From Utricularia gibba (Eukaryota; Plantae; Magnoliophyta): a stretch of DNA of 64,000 nt. A program made the position numbers and the translations under genes. The DNA lies in the NCBI GenBank assembly GCA_002189035.1, contig CM007989.1, positions 1,178,001-1,242,000 on the forward strand, read 5' to 3'. The notes below the pieces were generated by a model that worked only from the letters and a program-made list of their open reading frames with translations, made no database searches and was not told the DNA's origin. Positions 38,644-50,756 of this stretch are shown here, in pieces (positions within the stretch are counted from its first letter, which is position 1; every line of letters begins with the position of its first letter).

Positions 38644-38993
38644 TATGACCCGTGTGCTTCTGATGTGTAATGTTCAAATAAAATACCTAGTCCACAAAAA
38701 ATTCATTTAAGTGGTAGGTGGGGTATTTTACAAAAAAACAAAAACAAAGTATTTTGTAATTTTTTTAAAAACAGTTATGTAAAATGCCCCGTTCCCTCGC
38801 CACGTGGCTGTAGTTCATTGGTTGATCGCCGAAGAAAATTGGTTGGATCATTTTTTGTTATGATTAATAATTGTTTTTTAATTTTTGACGATACAAAAAT
38901 TATAAAAATACCTGACCATCCGTACAAATTTCGAATTATACATTTTATATAGTTATTTAAAATGAATATATTGTATACTAATCTTAATTTAAG

Positions 38994-39014
38994 ATATATA
39001 TATATATATATATA
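38994..39014. repeat. (AT)10 microsatellite
   Basis: Direct read. Confidence 0.85.
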
Positions 39015-39298
39015 ACTTTGATGCAGTATGCTATATGTGTGCTTATTTCCAAAACAGGGTTACCCTTTTCTTCAAGAACATTTCTTCTAAAGCCCATTAG
39101 TTATTCACCAATAAACATCTTTTCTCTTGTCATATACAGACTGGGATTTGGGAATCTCTTCTTCATTTGCTGGTTTTATGTGATTAGATTTGCGGGGCTA
39201 ACAACACCTGAGACATCCATTTTTGCTGTACAGTCCAATGGAGGGCTGCAGTCATGGCCAAGAAGCTTCAACATTGCAACTCATATCCCTCTGAGAAG

Positions 39299-40411
39299 CT
39301 AACGAGGGGCGAAGCTCCAAGGGCTCTCCAGTACGTACAAACACAGGGCCAAGCAAAGGGATCCCATGGATGCTGTCTTTGCTGCTGTGTATCTCAGTGC
39401 TTCACCTCTTTTATCCCCCATCTTCCGACCAGCGTCTTCTACTCTCACCTTCAGGTTCTCCTTCATCACCTCGAGGAAAGATCTCACCGTCTCGGAGGTG
39501 GCCGCTCCGGCCATATCGAGGGCGAGCTTTCGGTTCGTGGGTATAGCGAAAGCGGAAGCGAGCATTCGGTTCAGTCCTCTGAGTTTCACCTTGGCGATCA
39601 TGTCTAGTCTCTCGAGTCCCCTGGAGTTATCCCCAAAGCTCAGGTTTCTTGCGGCCTTTGGGAGAGAGTTGGATGCTTTGATGTGTGTTTCGACTGCAGC
39701 GCTGCAGAGGGAGACGAGGAGATGGCGCACTTTAGCTTCGTGGCGGGGGTTTGTGATGCCGGAGAAGAGATCATCAAATGCGTTTATGTGCTTGGTTTTG
39801 TCGAGGTAGACAGTCACGGCTGTGGTAACTACAGCTCTAACCACGTCTCCTATCAGCTCTCTGCAGTTATCTTCCCATACAATCTGCACCCATTTGGGGA
39901 CGCTCGGTTCGGATCTCCCCGGCACCATTCGGAGTACAAAGCTGTCACTAGGTTTCTAGAGAAACTGCCGGCGATCAAGGAAGCAAAACCAGAGCCTTGT
40001 TCTGAAAAAAGCCTATCAATTACTCTGTCACCGAAGCCCGGGCCAGTCTTGCTGCCGCTTGCCGATTCACTGCCGAGGGCTCGGTTAACTCCGGCTGTAA
40101 TCGCGGTCGTGATTCCGGCTATCGATTCGTGGAATTCACCGGAGCTGGTGATTTTGCAGAGTTGCTTCAAACTCCGGGGAACTTGATCGGAATCCGACAG
40201 GAGAAAATCCTTCGTATCCTTGGAGAGAATCGCGATCGCTTCAGATGAATCAGAAACAGCTTTCACCAGTGAATCAGATGCACCGATTAAGGTAATCATT
40301 CTCTGCTTATTTTTCACCACAAAAAGAAGAGTTTAAAACCCTGTAAACACCGTAAACCGCGAACCCAATCGCACCCAGAGCAAAAACCCATCTCCTCTTC
40401 TTCAAATCCAT
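39299..40411 (-). CDS. PHLOEM PROTEIN 2-LIKE A10-like protein, intronless; frame breaks at 40321-40325 and 39917-39920
   Basis: MDLKKRRWVFALGAIGFAVYGVYRVLN, AVSDSSEAIAILSKDTKDFLLSDSDQVPRSLKQLCKI, GSGFASLIAGSFSRNLV, CRELIGDVV...TAVTVYLDKTKHINAFDDLFSGITNPRHEAKV match the recalled family. Confidence 0.85.
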
Positions 40412-40583
40412 GGAGTTCCCGCAGCAAATCGCTGTGTTTGCTTGAAAAAAATGCTTTCTTTACAGTTTTCTGGCAGCTTCGCGGTGACGAGGATACGGAT
40501 GAGAACAGAATATAATAATACAGCATCTTTTCTTTAATCTACAATCCGTGTATGTCAATCTTCTTACAGGATACAGAAATCAA

Positions 40584-41909
40584 TTAATCATGTTTGTGAG
40601 GGAAATCAAAGGGCACCGGAACTACAGATGAAGGATCCAGAAGGTGAGGGTGATAAAAGCCGTAGTTCCTGAGCACCTGATTATCTGCAAAGATCAGAGC
40701 TTTCTGCATAGAATCAAAGCAAGTTTTTCCAGAGTAAATCTGATTATGAGAGCCGCTACAGGGCTGACATCCGGTGAAATGAGTGATAAACGGCCGCCGG
40801 AGACTGCCCTTTCCTTGCCCTTTACCCTCCAACTTCTCCTCCCAAATGTCACCATATCTCTCACTCACCTTTTCGGCGTGCCGCCGCCGCAGCGCCGCTG
40901 CACTGTTCTCCATTCGCCGATATTCGTCGTCGATTTTCTCCAACTCATCGACGATCTCCGACCAATACCCCTCGAAGTAGTACTCGCTTTCTATGTAGGC
41001 TTTGTTCCCCCATTTTGTATCGTTGATAAGAAGATATATGAGCCCTGATTGATCATCGGATTCCGGAAAAATCTTGTCTTGAAACGTTTGTTGCAGAGTT
41101 ATCCCCCATTTCTCATATTCCGGCGACTGCGGCCCCATTCTGGCCCAAGTTTCAAGAAGATCCATACCCCATTGCGAGTTTCTGATTAGGAAAACGCCGG
41201 CGTTCACACTCGTCCAGCTTTTCTTCTCCTGATTCAGTAAATAACGCCACCCATGGACAACGAGGTTGTGATCTCTGTAACGCCGCAGCGGCACCGTAAA
41301 ATCCATATCGGTAATAACGGCGTCGGCGTCTACCCACCAGATCCACTCCGCCTCCGGATGCGCCATCATCGCCGCCTTCACGATCGGAGTTTTCGCCCAA
41401 AATGAATACATTTTCGGCTGCAACAGCACGTTGTTGTAGAAGATATCGATTCCGTGGCGACGGCAGTAATCCACTTTGTTTTTAAACAGCCTCAGCAAAA
41501 GATAATCCCCCACGGAGCTCTTACACGGCGTTGCCTGAGATCCCGTCACCATCACTATCCTATTCTCCGCTCCGGGAATGAATGACGGGTGCTGCCGCAG
41601 CCATTCCGCTCTTTTCTCGTCCCAATTCCTCACCGCCCCGGATTCTATAGTATAATTCACCTCCGGGTCGTCGTAGAAATTCCTCTCCGGTGGATCGTGC
41701 CGGAAATCGCACCCGGCCGACGAATCAAAACCCGCATCAGAGATACCAGAGATCTGGTAACCAGAATGTGGAGTATTGATTTGAGCATCGAAGAAGACCC
41801 ACATCACCCAAAACACCATTGAAGCAACCAAAGCCCCAGCAACATACAGAAACACATTGGAGGCAAACGTCGAAGTCTTACTGCCGCTGCGCGCGCCGTT
41901 CTTCGCCAT
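40584..41909 (-). CDS. GT34 galactosyltransferase (galactomannan galactosyltransferase / MUCI10-GT6-like), intronless type II membrane protein
   Basis: N-terminal TM helix, LLRLFKNKVDYCRRHG, HPEAEWIWWVDADA (DxD), DQSGLIYL, LRRRHAEKVSE, RPFITHFTGCQPCSG, ADNQVLRNYGF; ATG at 41909. Confidence 0.93.
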   Translation of the reverse strand: MAKNGARSGSKTSTFASNVFLYVAGALVASMVFWVMWVFFDAQINTPHSGYQISGISDAGFDSSAGCDFRHDPPERNFYDDPEVNYTIESGAVRNWDEKRAEWLRQHPSFIPGAENRIVMVTGSQATPCKSSVGDYLLLRLFKNKVDYCRRHGIDIFYNNVLLQPKMYSFWAKTPIVKAAMMAHPEAEWIWWVDADAVITDMDFTVPLRRYRDHNLVVHGWRYLLNQEKKSWTSVNAGVFLIRNSQWGMDLLETWARMGPQSPEYEKWGITLQQTFQDKIFPESDDQSGLIYLLINDTKWGNKAYIESEYYFEGYWSEIVDELEKIDDEYRRMENSAAALRRRHAEKVSERYGDIWEEKLEGKGQGKGSLRRPFITHFTGCQPCSGSHNQIYSGKTCFDSMQKALIFADNQVLRNYGFYHPHLLDPSSVVPVPFDFPHKHD

Positions 41910-44336
41910 GGCAAGACTCTGAAGGTGGATTTTTTCATCCACCACCATTATTCCCAGCAAAGGAAGACAACCCAACTCAACTTTTTGACACCCAATTCCG
42001 AATCAGCTGACAGTGAAGTCGATGCTAACTTTTAATGGCGCATTTCAGATAGGTTGCAGCAGCCCAAGGCAATGCAGCACCGACGAAAAAAAAGAGATGA
42101 ACTCACCAGACAAAGCAATGAATGTCGGTGTGGGGGCAACAGATAAAGTCTGTTACTCGGTCACGTTACTCTGTCCGGATGCTCATTCATACATTTCCCT
42201 CAGATCAGATCCCATATGCGACGGTGGGATTTCGTTTAGGTCGCCGTTGATTGACTGAAAGCCACTCTAATCCTCGTTTAGGAATCATTATGATGTCATT
42301 ACCACCATAATGTTCCATTATTGCAAAGTCATTGTCTTTTGACAAAATATTTATTCAATTAATATTTTGTCTGAATATACATAATTTTTAAAGTATTTAC
42401 ATAATCTTATTCTATTACATGAATTTTTGTTCATTTATTGTAAATCTATTTATTAAACAAAGTATCATTTTAAACAAAAATTTATATATTATAAATACAT
42501 ATATATTTTAATTATATGATATATAATTATTTAAATATCAATAATTTAAACATATTATTAATTAATATTAAAACATTTTTATTTTATAAAATAAATAATA
42601 TAGTAATATATATATTTATTTTGCTATTTGATGCTGTGGGAACAACTCAGGGACACAAGTGTAGCTTTTGACTAAGTGATGAATTACAATAATCATAATC
42701 AAAAAAATAATGAAGGATTAAGTGTTATTAGTAATCCATAATCATTATTAATCCGCCTCCGCTAGCTGCACGTTCCGCCGAAACTCCATGCATGTCTCCC
42801 TCGTGCACAGCCAAATCAGTTTCCATAATTAGCTCGCCTTCCACCTAACCCCTCGTTATGGAAATCTTAACCTTTCGTTTGATTTTACTAAAAATGTAAA
42901 TAAATAAAAAAAAGAAAAAGAAAAATGATTTTAAATGAATAAAGAAATTAAAGAAAAATAGTCTTCTTCACGCGGACGACCGCCGGAGGGGTAAAAAAAA
43001 AAAACGTTACTACGCGGTGACATATTTTCACCATCACGAGGTGAAGGTGAACCCACGCAGATGGGCTATTGGCCCAAATAACTCGCTCAAGCCTATTGGA
43101 TATAATAGGCCCAATTACGGCCCAATGAGCCCAATCTTGTAAGCCAAGTATTTTTTTTTCTAGTAGTATCATTTCCCAGTATTTTATCTATTTATTTATT
43201 TATCAGAAAATAGAGGAATCAAGATGTCAATTACAAAATTCGCCCCCGTTAAAATCCGATATTACAAATAAATCAATTTATTTTCTTATTACAGAATAAA
43301 AAAAAGGAGGGGGGCCCCCTGATAAGATAACGTCCTGCGTCGGACCAAAACGCCCTCGGTTACGAGGGAATGTTTCTTACTAATGCGACATAATTAGGGA
43401 GAAATATGTAAAAGATAGCGGTCCACTGTTTTAGGTCGGGATGGGGCCCATCTCGCCCCTAAAGTACACATTGGCATTTAATGCACGTGTTAGTCAAGCG
43501 CATGCCATTCATTGCACCAGATTTGCGGTGATCAAATTGGATGAAATAGAGGAGTCCTATTCTGCACTTGGGGGGCTATGCTTGATGACATCATTTTTGA
43601 AAAATACATATAATATATTACGAAATGATACCCCGAGAACGTGTCCGTGTCGGACTCGTTAGTGCGCTCTGCAATCAAAAAAAATATCGATTTTGGTAGT
43701 GGCATCCGTTGATTTGAAGAGTCAACTCTCACTTTGTCTATGAAATAAGATGATCTCCTGAAACCCGACTTAAAAATATTTATTTGAATAATAATTGAAT
43801 ATAACGGCGGAGGAATGGAAAGATATAATCAACAAAAGTAAAATATTTAATTAGAAATAATAATTATGGAAATGATGCGGGGCGATGTTCGTATATTAAA
43901 TAATTATTTAAATATAGCAAATGGAATCGCTGAAAATTACTACCCTGATTTGTATAAGTTTAGTGGCTCGTATTATTTTGAAACCAAATCCTTGTATAGT
44001 TGAGGAAGATATGGGACTATTTTAGAATATTGGGATACTTGGGGGACCTAATTGTAATATGTAACTGTTAGGGGGCCTACATTGTATTTGATGTGGTGCA
44101 TTATAATTTTTACTTTGGAAAAAACTAATGTAGGCCCCTACACTAGAAAGAAAACCTAACCGTCTATGTATTTTTTTAGTGAATAAAATAAATAATAATA
44201 TTAACTGAAGACACATTTGCTTTAGTAATATCCATGCATTGCTTCTCCATTTCCTGGCCCTGTTCAATTCCTCATCAATATTTTCCCGGACGTTCACTTC
44301 CAAGATCGGAGACGGATTTTCTGGCTGGTGGAGAGG

Positions 44337-45236
44337 ATGGGGAACTGCCAATCGGACGAGGCGGAGATGGTGGTGATTCAGCACCCGGGCGGGGAAAAGT
44401 CGACAGAATATACTGGTCTGTTAGAGCCATGGAGGTGATGGGTGCAAACCCCGGGCACTACGTGGCGCTGGTGATCGCCGTGCCGGAGACCGGAGCGACT
44501 CCGGGGCGGCAGCTGAAGCTTCTCCGGCCAGATGAGACTCTTGTCGTGGGACATGTTTATCGGCTCGTCAGCTTTGAGGGTTAGATCCAACTTTCGCAAA
44601 CTACCTTTTCATATTCATGTCTGCCAAGATCGAAGCCGTCTACGTGATTACTCTATTTTGCTAGTTGAATCCATTTCACACCCCTAATGCTAATGAAAAC
44701 CCCTACTCCCTTCAAAGGTTTCATCTTCTTTTTTTGATGTAGATGTGCTGAAAGAATTCGGGTCAAGGAAAAGCTCCAAGCTGGGGAAGTTGTTGAGCCA
44801 GACCGGTGCCACAAAGAACGCCGACGACGGTTCGAACCCCAGTCCATCGTCGGTAAAGTTCTCCATCTCTTAGGCTTGGAACCCGATTCGAAACAAAAAT
44901 AGACAAGATTTATTCTTCAATGGGAGAGAAATTGCAGAATCAAGCATTCAATACATTCCCTGATCATAATACTAATGTTTAGCAACCCTTAGAAATGATG
45001 GGTTTGACGCCTCTTCACTTCAATAGCATGCTACCTTTCCTACTACAAACTCCCCTTTCAAATTATATGACAGATTCTGAATTCTGATGCTTCCCATCTC
45101 TGTGTTTCTCTGCGTTGTTAACCGACAGTTGGAGGCCCGTCACGGCGAGGAAGACCCCGCCACCGGCGTCGGGAGACACGCCGGAAGAGGTGGGTGGAGA
45201 CCGACTTTACACAGTATTCCGGAGCTTGGCGCCTGA
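44337..45236 (+). CDS. DUF4228/PADRE-domain protein; exons 44337-44579, 44743-44852, 45129-45236; frame break at 44391-44398
   Basis: MGNCQSDEAEMVVIQHPGG..KVDRIYWSVRAMEVMGANPGHYVAL...LKLLRPDETLVVGHVYRLVSFE|DVLKEF and C-terminal WRPTLHSIPE. Confidence 0.88.
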
Positions 45237-45997
45237 GCTCGAATACGGCTTGTGTAGTAAAAGAAACATTTGCATTAGGAGCTTGATTGACGGATGTATG
45301 AGTTCGAAAACGGGTCGGTTATCGTTTATATGGACGGGTCTGATCCACTTTATTAATTTAACATTTTTCACCTCGTGTGTTTATTCGTCATCACTCTTTA
45401 ATTTTCCAGTCAATTAGTAGATTAGGATGTTAATTACTATGAGAAAGTTTTATCCAAGATTCAAAATTTGGATATGCTCTGGATACACATTCATTATTAT
45501 TTTTTATGTTCGAAATATAAAATTAATAATTATATAAAATATATTTATTTCTCATTTTTCAGAATGGAAAATTATTATTTAAAAACACATGGAAATTTTT
45601 AATTCTAATTTTTATATTATTCTAATAATATTTTTCTAATAATACTCGTTTTTTTTTATCTATTTCAATTATTTTTTTTAATTTCTTAATCAATTTTCAT
45701 TTCTAGGGTTTCGAAGAATTATAGACGAAATATACTATATGAACTATTAATTTTTATAAAATAATTTTTCATTTATAATAGAGCATATTTCTCATTTTGT
45801 AAATTTAATGTCAACCAAGATATATTTTTTTTCCTTTTGTAAATTAGGGCTTGAAAATACTTTTATTTTTTGGGCTGGGCTATCGTATATTGGGCTTAAA
45901 CATATATCCAACAACTTGTTGGAAGTTCGCCAACGGGCCCAATTTCCAAAACTATTTATACAGAGGGTGACAGCAGCAGGGCTGTAACACACGAGCT

Positions 45998-48900
45998 TCA
46001 CGATGTGTTGTTCCAAATCTCCAGTATTTGATAAGCTGAAAGAGCTCCCGACTCATCGGAGTTCTCTGTCTCGGTGGCCGGAGCTCCGCTTTGGGATTCA
46101 AGCGGCTCCTCATGGTGATCTCCCCATGAAGCACTGCTGCTGAAGTTCTTGTTCCCGCCGGCATTCTCTTGCTCCATCGTTGAAGCTGTGGAACTTCCTG
46201 AGTTTGGTGTTGCCTCGTCACAGGCTTCCAGTACGAAGTCCAATGCTTTAGAAAAGTTCAAGGGGTGGCTTCGTTCACGACGTCATGATCGATGAGTTTC
46301 CCCCGTAATTCGATCAGACAGGCTTCAGGGATCCTGTCCTTGTTTCTCTCAAAAAAGTGTATCCAGTCCTGGAAACTGACCTGAAATGGAGCATACCCCA
46401 TGGTGTTGATGATGCTTATAGCCCTCTCGTAGTTGAGCCTGATAATGGCTTGGCAAGTCATTTCAGTGAAAAATGAGACAGGGGGTACTCTTCCCTCTTC
46501 CAGCATCGCCTCAAATGCGTGTTCCAGGAGATGCGGCTGCAGGGAGAGGACAAGATCTCTTTCAAACCAAGAGCAGTGAAGTGCCAAATGACAGCGAGTG
46601 AAAACTCACCTTCCCTGCAACAGAAGCTTTCACTAGCAGAGAGCATTGTCTGCGTGGATCGACAGCATACCCGGCGAGGGTCATTTCCTTGTACACATAC
46701 TCGAAGTATTCCCACTGGAGAGCGGCGGCGGATGCCTCAAGCATAGAACGAAAGGTATAGGCATCTGGGCCTGGGAAGGGATCATGGCATCCCTCACTTG
46801 CCGGTGAACTCAAATCTCCCCTAATGGTCTCCTCAAATAGTTCTTTAGCTTCAAGGAACATGTCGTTCCTACCATAAACCTTCAGCATTGCGTTTATAAG
46901 ACCTGTGTCCGGAGCTATTCGAGTTTTCGAGTACTCGTAAAGAGCAATGCAGTCTCGAAGATGTCCAGCATCCAGTGAAGACATCACCAAACAGTGAATG
47001 TCACAGCTAAAGGTTTCCTCGGGTGAATGCTTTCCAGCCGATTTATCTGGGAGAGGAGTTGAAAGGTTCACCATTTGTAAGCTACATTGTATTCATCCAC
47101 AGAGTTGAGATCACATGGTGAAAGGAAAACGAACCTCCAAGATAGCTTCCTGCCATCTGCCATGGAAGCAAAGGCAGCGAGCAAGCTCACAGTATACACT
47201 TGCAGCTCCAACTATTCCCCTTCCTTCCATGTCCCGGACGGCTTTGACAGCTTCGTCAACTTTAGCCTCTTCCCAGAAGGCTCTAACAAGAACTAAATTT
47301 GCGCAACTCGTAAATCGTTGAGCAGCTGGTTGAAAACAATTCAGATTACTGGGAAAATATACCTTTGTAAGTCAATGCCTTTACTTCTCCAGTTCTCTTC
47401 AGTTTCTCAAAATACTCATGGACAAGATCATATTTTCCAGACTTGAGCATAACCTTTCAGAAGAACCAGTAGTACTAAGTCTAATAGGCAAACTATGCAA
47501 AATACGAAGGACCATCGTTGCTGTCCAGTATAAGTTGTAAGAAACGCACCTCCATTGCAAGTCCAAAGGTCGCCCCGTTTGGCCGGAGACCGCTCTTTCT
47601 AAGCTGTTGGAACACCCATGAAACACCCTTCCATTGGCAAGTGGGAACGCATGCATTAAGAACCTGCAGCATCACTTCAATCAATGAAAATGAATCACAA
47701 TCAACACCGTACGAGGACTCATGAGTAATATCAGGAACTGTCTTACAGCGTTAAAAACAACTATGTCTGGTTCAAGTACAGGGATCCACCTTTTGCGCTT
47801 CATATTTCCAACTGGGGATTTTCTTTCAATTGATTCACAATGCTTATCAGCTCTTTCAGTAAACCAACTTGACCCAATGTGACAGCCAAACTATGATAAG
47901 CTGCCATATCCGGATATATGTGTGCATCTCTCTACAAAGAGTTAACACAAGAAATTACATAGATAAGGGGAAACTCAAACCTACAGAGCAAATGCAAGAT
48001 TGTAGAGTAACTTTTACACGCATCATGTTGAAGATTTGAAGAGCCTCATGAGGTCTCCCACATCTACCGAGCACAGATAGCAATTTCGTGTATATGAACC
48101 TACATTTACCGTCAAGAAAACAAATGAAACTTATCCAAGATGATCAAATAGCAAGGAAAGATAAGCAAGTGAAAACTGCAACATACCGGCTTTTGAAATG
48201 TTTATGCTCCTTTGAGCTATACACCCACTCAACAACATGCATTGCATTCTTCCATTGTCTTTTATTCCCAAGACCTTCAAGAATCCTCAGCAATTGCTTT
48301 TCGGTAAATTGTAAGCCAGAGAACTTTACTATCCGTGCAAATTTCCAATCTTTGACATTTATTTCTGTTGCACTTAATCTACATGCATGCACAAGAAAAG
48401 ACTTAAAGTAAGAACTCACAAGGGGAGATTTCGAATTCTGTGTACCTGTCGATGAGCAATTTGATCGCTTCAGTTTCGTTCCGCTTCTTGGGAGCCCATT
48501 TCTTGTCATCTTCCTCGAACCATTCTTCACTGAGCTCAATATCATTATCCAAAATCCAGGAGAACTTTTCCGTGTCGCGCTCAATTATATCACCTAATTC
48601 CTTAAGATGCTTTCGGTTCAATCCCGGCCCTTCATGCTCCATGCTTTCGCTAGCGAGTTCCCTCAATCGAAGCGTCTCCAGTCTCTCCCACGGCTCGCCC
48701 ACCAATTTCACGGTTTCTCTGCTTCCGATGGAATTTCTGAATCTCTTGTACTCCGATTTGATTAACTGGAAATCAGATTCTTCCTTAATTTCTTGTTGCT
48801 GAGCCGCTGACAGCGCTGGCGGAAGCTTTGCAGCCTCTTTAGCCTGGCGACGGTTGAATTTCTGTATCTCCTTCATACGGAGATTGTGTAGAATCCTGGG

Positions 48901-48999
48901 TGTTGGTTGAACCCCATGTTTAATCAGCCTTTCTCTGATCTTTTCTAGGTTAATCTGCGGTTGGGGAACACTTAGCGGCACCCCTGGTAAAGCCTCCAT
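45998..48999 (-). CDS. DG1: Chloroplast P-type PPR protein DELAYED GREENING1; multi-exon; 1-nt frameshifts near 46992 and 46262-46265
   Basis: LEKIRERLIKHGVQPTPRILHNLRMKEIQK, GLQFTEKQLLRILEGLG, CVPTCQWKGVSWVFQQLRKSGLRPNGATFGLAME, LKVYGRNDMFLEAKELFE and SAYQILEIW follow the recalled DG1 sequence. Confidence 0.92.
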
Positions 49000-50360
49000 G
49001 AAACGCAGCTATTTTGAGTTCAGTTGGAGATTGAATGCCGATAAATATATACGATTACGCCTTATCGAAACTTACCCACAATCCAATTTACAGTCGTAGA
49101 AGTTTACATGTTGCCAAATTGCTCAAGATTAGGGTTTTTCTAGTTTATGCCAACTGATGAACTGAAAGATATATGCCCATATGAATGAAACTTCAACTGC
49201 ACAGTCATAATCTTCCATGGCGTCCGTGGATAAACAATTCGTTGGCGATGATGGAGAATACTCAACCCGGGAATGAACTTGGATGTTTGGTAATGGTGAC
49301 TGCTCAGCTCAGGCTCAGAAATTCCAACATGGCAAAAAGCAGACACTTTTCAGGTCAGTGATTGATTTCACAATCCTCTGAAACTTATGCATCATCACCT
49401 GCATCCCCTTCCTTCGTTAGTTGTGAAAAATGTTTGGCTACAAAATTTGTGTAGTAGGCATATTCTTTCCTTCACCTACAAAGTTTCAGTCTGCTCCGCT
49501 ACCACTAACCAGATACCATCCCCATGTTCTTCAAGTAGGTCCTTTTGCAGGTTTCATGCCTATCTTGATGTACCCGGAACTTAACGGTTTATGGTTCAGA
49601 CGGTCGACTTGATTTCAAAAGGTTTGCTCGCTCTCTTTCATCGACAAACCAACACAAGCGGGCCACAGCAAGCAAATTCATTTCTTTGATAAACATCTCA
49701 GAGTGAGACTGGACAGCTCCTTTCCTATAAAGCATGTTATTTTACTTTATTAAAGCAATGTGAGATGCTCCATCTCTTTTCAATTTCGCATTGCCTTTAC
49801 AGGCCTGTGCTGTGCCCTGTGAAGTTGGAGTCATCTTTATTGAAGTAAAGCAGAGAAGAAAGATGGGATAAACCAATAGAAGAAAGAAGAGAAATGGCTG
49901 AGGCAGATCAGAGACAACACCAAGGCTCAAGCTTGATTCCAGTAAAGATGTGGCGTTTGTTTGCCTAGAGAAGTGGAAATTGAAAAGTGGTGTAGGGGAA
50001 TTTTCTTCTTTCTATCTTTCTTCGTGTCTGTGGCAGACTTTGGACAGGAATTGGGGAGCACAGATTGTGAGTGGAATCCATTTGTCTTGGTGGGGGTGCC
50101 CTCTTGATGTTGATCATCACCATCATTGTTTTCTTCAACCTCTTCCCCCATCCATCCCTCTCCAAAAAATCTTGCTTTGAACTTAAAAAAACCATTCATT
50201 TAAGAGTTTTGCAACTCCAAACGCCCTTTCAACACGAGTTCATATCTCCTAAACTTGTCTGATTCTAACATTTTATAAAGAAAACACATCTTTTCATACA
50301 ACCCCATGACAAAACCGAGAATCAATTCCAACAGAGAACCCAATAGATTCATTGAACACG

Positions 50361-50382
50361 CCCCCCCCCCCCCCCCCCCCCC
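50361..50382. repeat. C22 homopolymer about 375 nt upstream of SHR
   Basis: Direct read; exact length unreliable in this assembly. Confidence 0.75.
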
Positions 50383-50756
50383 TCCCCACACACTTTTTCC
50401 CCTATTCCACTGTCACATTACCACACTTATTATACTAAAAGCCAATGTAGATTAAACACAGGTGTCCCTTCAAAGAAAGAGCATGTTTAGTGAAAAGATG
50501 CTCTTGAAATACATTTAGAAACTCGAATAATGTAGTAGAGTGAGGGCAAAAGAACATGGGTTATCATTACGATGAAATGAAACGTGGAAAGGACACAAAC
50601 GGGTTTTAAAATGAACAAAGAGGGTGACTGAAGTGAGAAGCTTGCTGGCTATGGCCACTCGTCTCCATAAAGGAGAAAAATGGCTTCAACTTGAGTATTA
50701 AGAAAGGATCCATCTCTTTCTCCTGAAATTCTTCATCTTCTTCACTCTCTCTGAAA

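Noticed and set aside
44829-44840. tRNA B-box-like GGTTCGAACCC
   Set aside because: It lies inside DUF4228 exon 2, with no cloverleaf or A-box
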